Source: a virus (Duplodnaviria > Caudoviricetes). Taken from it: a stretch of DNA of 64,000 bases. Both the position numbers and the translations under genes were made by a program. Where the stretch lies: the IMG/VR virus record IMGVR_UViG_3300028591_000100, positions 64,001 through 128,000 of that record; one strand, 5' to 3'. Of this stretch, positions 19,536-29,500 are shown in pieces. Below the pieces are notes generated by a model. The model did no database searches. It was given only the letters and a program-made list of their open reading frames with translations, and was not told the origin of the DNA. Each line of letters starts with the position of its first letter. Position 1 is the stretch's first letter.

Positions 19536-20488
19536 TTTAGCAAAACCTCCTTTTCTTGACTGATGCTTATTTGACCACAAAGAGTGCAAACAGAATTTAC
19601 ACAAACAGCAGGAGATTTTAAAGGATGAAAATCTTTTAAGTTGTTTGTGGACCTACAAGTAGAGGTTTCATCTGCTCGCCCTAAATGTTTATCTATCTCA
19701 ATATATACATAATCATAGTCTCGAGAGCAATAATAACCACATGGTTCAACAGTAGTTTTATCACTATCTAAGTTGGAGGTTAAAAACTCATTTCGTGTTT
19801 TATACATTTTTATATACCCCTCATCATCAATCACCTTATATCTGTCTTTTTTAGTACTACTAGATTCACATATTAGTTTTTCTTTATCATCGATGCTAGC
19901 AAACATATCTCTCTCAATAAAATAAGAGAAACCAGCCGCCCTACATCGTTCTATTAGTGTTCGAATTTCTGGTTGATTGTTTATTAAAGAAACAGCCTCT
20001 ACTCTAATACCCTTTTGGTTTGTGGGTGATTTGATTTGACTAAATTTGGCTAAAAAATCATCCATAGAACAAAACTGATAATGCCATGAACATGTAATGC
20101 CTATCTCAGAGTTGTACTGATAGCACAACTCTGTTAGGTCATTATAGTAATCTGCTGATTGACTCATATTGGTAGTTAAATTAATACGCTTTAATTTTTC
20201 TCCACATATTTTAAATAATTCTTCTAAAATATAATGAAGATTAAAAATTGTGCACTCACCACCGATTAAATCAAGTTTAACGAAACCAGGTAACTCTTTA
20301 ATTATTCTAGCCACTTCAGGAATAGTTTTTACTATTCTATCCCAATTTTCGCTCATAGATTTTTTATTATCAATAGACACTGTTTTTTTTCTAATACAAT
20401 AGCTACACTGATAATTACACAAATCAGTCAACCTCCACTTAATAGTAGAAGCACACATCCCATTTAAACTAATTATACTTTTATACAT
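19532..20488 (-). CDS. Radical SAM protein with a Cys-rich C-terminal (SPASM/twitch-like) extension
   Basis: CNYQCSYC (CxxxCxxC), GGE, TTNMS, and additional C-terminal cysteines. Confidence 0.9.
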   Translation of the reverse strand: MYKSIISLNGMCASTIKWRLTDLCNYQCSYCIRKKTVSIDNKKSMSENWDRIVKTIPEVARIIKELPGFVKLDLIGGECTIFNLHYILEELFKICGEKLKRINLTTNMSQSADYYNDLTELCYQYNSEIGITCSWHYQFCSMDDFLAKFSQIKSPTNQKGIRVEAVSLINNQPEIRTLIERCRAAGFSYFIERDMFASIDDKEKLICESSSTKKDRYKVIDDEGYIKMYKTRNEFLTSNLDSDKTTVEPCGYYCSRDYDYVYIEIDKHLGRADETSTCRSTNNLKDFHPLKSPAVCVNSVCTLCGQISISQEKEVLLK

Positions 20489-20505
20489 AAAAACACCTTC
20501 TGTTA

Positions 20506-23500
20506 TTAATCGCTAAAACAAGCATAGGTTTTACCACTAACTGGAGTAATAGTAACAGAGTCCACATTATCAGATCCGATTGCCCATCCAATATCTTCCG
20601 ACCACTCATCTCCTATACAACTTGAAGTCATTACTCCTTGACTCAACCATCCATCATGACTACTACCTCCTGAAGCGTACATGCATTTAACAGTCATTTG
20701 TCCTTTTCCAGTAATAGTTAATCGCTGATTTCGTCCTGTTATAACGGCATTTTGTGCCACACCTGATGTGTCAGTATAATTAAAACTCATATATGAATAC
20801 CCATTTGAAAGAACAGGGTAATACTGTCCTCCCATTAAAGCTATAGTCCAAGAAGTAGCTGCATAGGTTACATTAACTGTTTTAGGTGAGCTTGAGCTGT
20901 CTCCAAAACTAAATGTTGCAGGACTAATAGTAAAACCAGTTGCATTGACGACAAGTGCGCCTGCTGATCGATATGAATAAGGGCATATTACCAAACGGTT
21001 ACTTGAAGATGCAACACTTGCGCCCGTGCTAGTATTTTTAATTGTGGTAGGTAGATTAATACCTGAAATATAAGCCGCAGAAGAGTTTGTTTGAGTTACA
21101 GCTAGCCTGTGGTTATCATTATCGGTACCTAAGTAAGAAAATTCTACTCTATGATAAGCGTTTCCGCTTCCAAGCCAGTTTCCTGTTAAACTATCAGTAA
21201 ACACATTTATTGTAGGTGGACCCCACGCTGTATAGCCTGTAATTATTCGGTCATCTGCTGGATAGCCATAAGGATAGTAACCATTAGCTAATTTACCATA
21301 AGAAGTGACTGTTCCTGCGCTAGGAGCATAAACTTCTTTACTCATAACAGTTAAACTATAATTAAGAGTTCCCTTAGAATAGTATTTAGTAAAATCAGAT
21401 GTTGTAGTAGAGATACTTTCTACTGTTCCATTTGGATAGGTAATAGTTCCACTATAAGGCATACCGTTAAATGAAGTTGAAAGAGAATAGTATGCAGTAG
21501 TTGTAGTAGACATAGTTTTACCAGCTGTTATGTTACTATATGTGAATTTATACACTGAAAAAACATTGCTGTTGTTAACAGTTACAGGTGGAGCTGCCTC
21601 TGCAACTGTTGCACTTGATGCAGAATAACTTGAAATGTAATACCAACTATTTGATGTAACATAAATTTCAGGACTAGAATTATATAAAACTGAATATGCA
21701 GTACCACTTGTCATGGCTGAGCCGTTTAAAGTTGCAGTTGCATTTGTACCCGTCCATTTTACAGTAGGGTTTGGTGTAAGTGAATATGTACTACCACCTG
21801 TAGGACCCGCAACATCCCAAAAATCTACACGATAAATTGCTCCTGTGTCATATTGAGTTCCACCTGTACAATATTCTGTTGAATAATATCCTGCAGCGGC
21901 AACTGCGAATACATAAACTCTAGTGCCACCTGGGTATGTAGTTCCGCTTGGGCTACCACTAGTTGCAAAACCATCAGTTGACAAGAAGATAGAAGATACA
22001 CCTGTACCAGCTGTAACTGTAACGGCACCAGACTTTGGAATTTCATTAACTTGAACAGAAAAACCACATCCATCAGTAACAATACTTTCGCCCGTATCAT
22101 TGCTAATGTAATCAAAACTGTAAGTATAATGAGAATCCCCTGAACTAGTAACCCAAGTATACGTTGTTGAACCAATGGTTACTCTATTACCAGAAACAGA
22201 TACAGGGTCTCCATAGTGCGCTGTAATCTCAATATAGCCCTCGTTATATCCTTGCCAATATCCGTAAGAACCACTTAAATAAACAGTAATCTCACGACCC
22301 ACTCTAGATACAAGTAGTGCAATTGTAGTGTTGCCTGTTATTTGTCCACCATCGGTAATACCACTTATGCCGTTGAAACTATAAGAGTAATTACCATCAT
22401 CTTGTGGTAAGTATCCTTCAAAATCCGCAGTGTCTGTCCTGTCGTAACCACTATTATAATAATACATGACCTCATTAAGTCTAAAAGTAATATCACTAAC
22501 AGAGACTGAAGTGCCATAGTATGCTCTCATAGTCCACTCATCATTAGGGAATCCAATACCTCCTAATGTTTGGTTTATCCAAGGGGAGATACCTTGTGCA
22601 CTGTAGTCAGATAAATATTGAGCAGTAACTGTAATAGCATAATCTCGCAAAGTCTCGTCAAATTGAGCCGTTCTTGTTACGTTACTTGTAACATAAGAAC
22701 TTGAACCTGACCAAGATCTAAATGTATAAGTATACTGAGCGGTTGTAGGTCTTGTAGGTGTAGAACCACCATATGATGCAGAACCACCATAAGGAACATT
22801 CGAATCTGTTTCTAATGTTGTGCCATCCCAGTTCTTCCATGTAACAGTATATGTGTTTCGTGCAGCTGTTGTGTGGCTTGTTACGCTAGACCATACATCT
22901 TGATACTCTGTTGTATCAGAACGGGAGAAGACAAATGAGGCTGTAACATTACCACTAACACCATTAGTTCCTGTGTAGTTGTCATTACTCTTAGAATCAA
23001 CGTGCTTTGTACGAGTAGCTTGTCTATATGCACTACAATAATATGTAGTTGAGAATGATAAACCAGATTTTGTCTTAGTTCCACCTGCAGCAGTAGAGCC
23101 TAAAGAGGTACCGCCAGCGGCATTACTAGTATTATAATATAAAGTAACTGTACTACTATCATTATTTTTTACAGTAATATTACCTGTAGTTGAAGCACCC
23201 GTAGAAGTAACAGTTGGAGCAGTTACTGAACTAACACTCCAAGATGTGTAGCTAGTACCATTACCACTTGATGTACCACTTAATACGTCGTTTTGATAAA
23301 TTGTTGCTCCATTAGATAATACACCTGTTCCTTGACCAGATTCAGTATATGTTCTGCTAACAGAATATGTACCATAACTACTATTTGTAACATTAATAGT
23401 TAATGTGTATTGTCCTAAAGCAGAGGCAACTAATCCAACGCTTGCGTTAGAAGTGCTTGTGGCCTCTACCGAATCGGTATAATATACACCAGTATAATAA

Positions 23501-26500
23501 TGTGTGCTACCGTAGTCTGCATAATAACCAGCATTTGGCGTAGCTCTAAAGTATGCAGCATAACCATAATATCTCCATGTAATAGTGGAACTATAGTTTG
23601 TGGTTGTATACCAAGCACCAGTCCAATTTGTTAAGACCTTACCTAAAGTATATTGAGTAGGAGATAACACTAGAGACTTAGTTGTAGTTCCAGTGATTGT
23701 ACCAGAAACTGATTGTGTGGTATAACCTGTTTTTGCATAAGAATAACTATAGCTCTCACCATAATAATATGTGTGAGTCCATGCAGTTTCTGCAGTTGTG
23801 CTACTTGATGCACTGTTAACACCTGTAATCTTATAATAATTCCTATTAACAGTTAACACATAAGAATTTCTTGCAGCTGTTGTATGAGAAGCTACTGAAG
23901 AGTAAATTACACCTGATTCTTCACTTACAGCTCTGCTGAATGAAAAAGATGCTGTAACGTTACCTGTGACACTGTTAGTGCCTGTGTAGTTACCACTGGC
24001 CGCAGTATCATTGTATTTATCTCTAGTTCTACTACGAGCTGCACTACAATAATAGGTTGTACTGAAACTTAAACCTGTTTTAGATTTTGTAGCTCCAGAA
24101 GTCGCATCACCTAAGCTTGTGCCACCTGTTGTATTAGTAGTATTATAATATAATGTTACAGTATTTGAATCGTTATTTTTAACTGTAATATTACCTGTTG
24201 TTGCATCACCTGTTGAAGTCACAGTAGGTGTTGTTACCGAAGTAACACTCCAAGCACCATAGCTTACACCATTACCTGATGAAGTTCCTACTAATTTATC
24301 ACCATAATAAATAGTTGCACCATTACTTAAGGCACCAGTAGAAGCACCCTCATATGGTGATGCTTCTCTAGCTACAGAGTAAGTACCATAAGAAGGATTT
24401 GTTGTAGAAATTGTTAATGTGTAGCTCTTAGTTGTTCTTGTGCATTGAACAGTGGTTGATTGAGTTTCACTACTGCTACTATAACTAAATGTTCCTGTGC
24501 CTGTTGGTGTTCCATAGTTATATGGAGTCTCAGATTGTGCTGTTCCTGTTACAACTACACTTGTAGAATAATCAAGAGAACTTAAGGTAGCAGAAGTTGT
24601 GACTTCTACCTGAGCTTCACTGCCAACTTTATAGTAAACTTTTGACATGTTGCTGCCCTTTGTAATGGTTAAAGACCATGTTCTTCTTCCGCCTGCACTT
24701 AAACCTGAAGTTGCAACAGATGTTAAAGATGCACTATTAGGACCCGTAAAGCTATAAGCATGAGATGAATCATAATAAGTTAAAGATGGATTATAATATC
24801 CTGTAGTCGCACTTGCTTCCCAATAGAACTTATCACCATAATAAATAGTCCCACTTGTAAACGTTGAATATGAGTTACCGTTCCAAGGTTTTCTCTTGCA
24901 AGTAAGGCCTGAAACACCCGTTGGTAATGTACCTTGAGATAGTCTACCAGAAATTCTATCTAGATTAATAGTACCAAAGTTTACATCACCTGCAATTTCC
25001 CACCAATCTACTCTATATTTACTACCTGAAATTTGTGTCCAAGAAGAAGGAATTACGTATCCTGTTTCAACTACAGCAAAACCATAAACGATGTCTCCAC
25101 CATTATAAAGTTGAGTACCACTAGCAGCACCACTGGTCGCTGTAGAAGTTGTTGATAAATAAACACTTGAAACGCCCGTTCCTGCTGCAATATAAGCTCT
25201 ACCAGGTTTTGGTGTTTCTGTGCAGTACGGAGTAATCAAGTTATCACTAGAATCAGGATTTACATAGCTAGCAGGTTCGCCATCAGCGGTAAATTCAATA
25301 TGATTGAAACTTATATTGTATTGTGAAGTTTCTGTAGTATCAAGTACCCATGTATATGTATGGACATATTCGGACCACTCTCCCACTGGGTTAGGTCCTA
25401 CTGTAACTGTAGCACCTGAAATAGACACATAATCACCATTAAGAGCGGTAATTGAGGATATTGTGTCACCATTGGAATCTTCCCAATGACCATAAAGACC
25501 GTCGTCAAGATTAACTGTTACTTGTTGGTCGCCAAGACGTGCTATTTGTGCTATGATAGTTGGTGTGGTTGAATTAAATGCATGGTATCCCCAAGAAATA
25601 CCAGAAATACCCGCAAAACCATACGTATAGCCAGATAACTCAGGTAACTCTAAATAAAATTCAAATTGACCTTGGGCAATCCAATTATCATCCCCAGATG
25701 TATCTCTATAGTATAGAGTAGCATTTTCAAGCATTAAATACAAGTTTCCAGACTGCCATTCAAATGTATAATAAGTATCATAATGAACTTTAAAATAATA
25801 GTAACCACTGCTAGGGTCCTCTGGGTCACGACTTGGGTCTGGGAAGTATTCAGTATAATCATGAAGATCTGGGTTAAAACAACGCCAAGGTCCCCTGTCT
25901 GAAGAATAGTCGCCAAGATAATTAGAACTTAAAACTAAATCATACTCAAAATAATCAATATCAAACTGAGCAGTTTTAGTTAAATTGCCTGTAACCGTGT
26001 CACTACCAGTCCAATAATGGAAAGTATACACACCCACGTTATCAGTAGGTCTTGTAGGTGTTGCACCGTCATAAGAAACAGTTGAACCATAAGGAACATT
26101 TGTATCTGTTTCAAGAGTAGAACCATCCCAGTTCTTCCATGTAACTGTATATTTATTAACAGTGCTACTAAATTGCGCTGTGTAAGTTTGATCACTAGTA
26201 ACTGTCGTTTGCTCTGGACTCCAGCTACTAAAAGTATATGTATATTGTGCTGTTCTAGCTCTTGTAGGTGTTGCACCATCATAGCTAGGTGTTGAGCCAT
26301 ATGCCACGTTACTGTCAGTCTCAAGTGTTGTGCCGTCCCAATTTTTCCATGTAACTGTGAATCGTTTGATAGAGCCAGCTACTAAACCTGAAGCTGAAAC
26401 AGAAGTAATGCTTCCACCTTGAGAACCTGTCCATGTGTATGGATTTGAACTACTGCCATATGTAACGGTTGGATTGTTATATCCCGTTGTTGCTGTGGCT

Positions 26501-29500
26501 ACCCAATAGAATTGGTCTCCATAATAAATTCTACCACTTGTAAATAAAGAATAAGAGTTACCATCCCATGGTTTTCTATAACAAGTAATTGAAGCAACTC
26601 CTGTTGGTAAATTTCCTTGTGATAAACTACCGTAGATTCTTGCTGCTGCTCCTAAGCTAATGCTAGCAGTCCAAGGATTACTACTGTAATTTAATGTAAA
26701 GTTTGTAGGGTTCAAAATTTTAGTTGTTGAGGTACTATTGTATCCTGTATTTCCAGTTCCTATACAGGTTATAGTATCCCCATAAGAAGCAGATGTGATA
26801 ACTTGGTTATTTGCATTTTTAAATGATACACTACCATTAGTATAAGTACCACTTAAAGTATATGTGTTGATTACTGCGTTAATAGTACCAGAGTCCTTGT
26901 CACCCGCTATAGACCAATAATCTACTCGATATATTGCGCCGTCCTCATATTCTGTTCCACTAATTAATTCCCATCTAGGATATGCGTTACCTGGTCTATG
27001 GTATCCTGCCTGTACAACAGCAAAAACATATACAAGAGTATCTCCTGGGTAAGTATAAGTTCCACTAGCATGACCACTTGTTGCTGTAGCGCTAGTTGAA
27101 GTATAAACACTGGTAACGCCTGTTCCCGCTGTAACATAAACTTTACCAGGGTTAGACGTAACATTGCAATATGCGTAGGCTAAATTCATAGGTCTGTACT
27201 CCGAAGCGGCCACTTGTTCATTGGCAACTGCATAGTTAGTTTGTTCACCATCAACCGTAAATTCAATATGGTCAAAACTAATTGTTTCTGCTGAATCAGA
27301 ACTATCAGTTATCCATGTATATGTGTGCACAAAATCTGACCAAGAACCAGCAGGATTAGGTCCCACTGTTATTGAACTACCTGAAATATCGACATAGTCG
27401 CCATCGTATGCTAGAATGTCTATTTGTTCATTTCCATCAGAATCAATCCAATGTCCTCTATCTCCCTCGCAAACAATTGTGGCAGTATGACTACCTAATC
27501 TAGCGACAGACGCTATAGCCACTGCATTTGCAGTGATAATTGAAGGCGCTGTAATATTTAAAAATTCATACGAAAAATCGCTAGTGTCTGAAGGAGCATT
27601 AAATGTTATTGTATATGGGCTTTCTCCATATTTAGTCCGATCATCTGAAATTGTTATAGTGTTGTCTTCACAAGTAATAGTTGTTCCATAATGTACTTCA
27701 ACTATTGGATAATCTGATTCTTCCCCATTTAAGCGGTCATAATACTCCCAATCCCATTCTCCATAATTACACTGTAATTCTAGTTCATAAGTGTTTGGTT
27801 CAGTGTATTCATGCCATGAGTCAGGAGAACCCGTAACAGTGCGTCCTGAGAATGTTTTTAAATTATCGTCATTATCAAGACCAAAATTATAACCTGTGTT
27901 AGCAACCGCTTTTCCACTTAAAATATCTCCATAATACACTGTAGCTACGGCATAACCATTGGTAGTGTATAACAAAGGGTCTGATTCAGTTGAGCCCTCT
28001 GTAGCACCTTGATATGGTGACGAAGTTCTCCATACCTTCATATAACCACTACAAGTACCACCAAGTGCAATTCTATAATCCCAGTGTTTTACATAAGGTG
28101 CAGAATTGCTATTGACACCAGCCACAACTGTAGAATTGTCACTGTCTAGATTGTTTGTGTTAAAAGCATATGCCGCTGATGCTAACCAATAAATAACAGT
28201 GCCAGCATTATACCAACCCACTGTAAATGGAGTTGTATGGGTTGAACTTGTATAAGCAGAACAATTAGTACCAGCTAAGCTTGTAACATTATATTGTCTA
28301 GTATATTGAGCTTCAATGGTTCTTGCCATTATAGATTCAGTTAAAGGAGTTAAATTGTCCCATGAACCATTTATATCACGGGCATTAGTTCCTGTAACAT
28401 TGCTAGGGTTTGCTCTACTTGGAGTATCACCATATCTATATGTGGTTGAATCTGTAACAGTGGTCCAAGTTCCATATGCAGTTTGATAATGCCAGCTGAC
28501 TGTAAATGGGTTTGGTGTAACAGTTATGTATGCAATTGCCCTAGAAGCAACCCCCTCTTCAGGAACCTCTGTTGTAGGTATCCACTCATCCTCTTGTGCA
28601 TCATATTTTGCAAAGCCTAAACGATTAAACGTATAAGTGTACTCTGTAGGGCTTGTTGCGGTAACCCATGTATATGTATGAACATATTCTGAATAAGGAC
28701 CAACAGGATTTGGGCCTATGGTAATTGTGTTATTTGAAACAATAATCGCGTCCCCAACACATGCTGTGATATATGTGCTAGAAATTTCATCACCATTTTC
28801 ATCTTCCCAATGACCAAATTCTGCTGAGATATACTCAGGGTCTTGTGAAGGTTCAACATATAATTCAACATCAACTTCGATAGAACTATGTCGAGCAACA
28901 GCTGCATTAACCGTAACATCACCGTCAACTTCATCAGGACCTGAAAAAGAATCAAAAGCCCAACTATAACCTGTTGTTGTTGGTATTGTAAAATCAATAG
29001 TGTAGTTAGTTGGACCATCATTATCTGCGTCGTAAATTGTGATGTATGGGTCGCTTGTTGCATCATAAGTAATAGTCGCACCATAGTGCGCGATAACAAC
29101 AGGTACCAAACTTGTGGTGCCAGCAACAGTAGTGTAGTTATCCCAATTCCAATAAGCACCGCGGGATAAAACAGCGGCACTAATAATAGCATCGGTCCCT
29201 GATTCATTCTCCAAATAAATTGAAAGACGAGATATTTCCACATCAACAATACCATGTTCACGCTCATAATATTCTGCGTCCACATCTACAACACGATGAT
29301 TAGCACCTTGTGTAAATGGAATGTTTTCTTGTAAAACCACAGAATTCGTTTCATCAATAATACTATATGTACCTGATATATTGTTGCTAACAGTAAAGTC
29401 TAATGAATATGTCCCCGCGCCAATATTTGGTAGACGCATCTCAAATTGTTGTTCTCTAGGTAATTCATCCAAATTTTCTATTAAATTTTCACCGACACCT

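Noticed and set aside
17446-20488. 7-deazaguanine pathway (QueC + QueE)
   Set aside because: The PP-loop is mid-protein with AsnB-type flanks and no QueC zinc-binding cysteines; no FolE, QueD or DpdA in the window.
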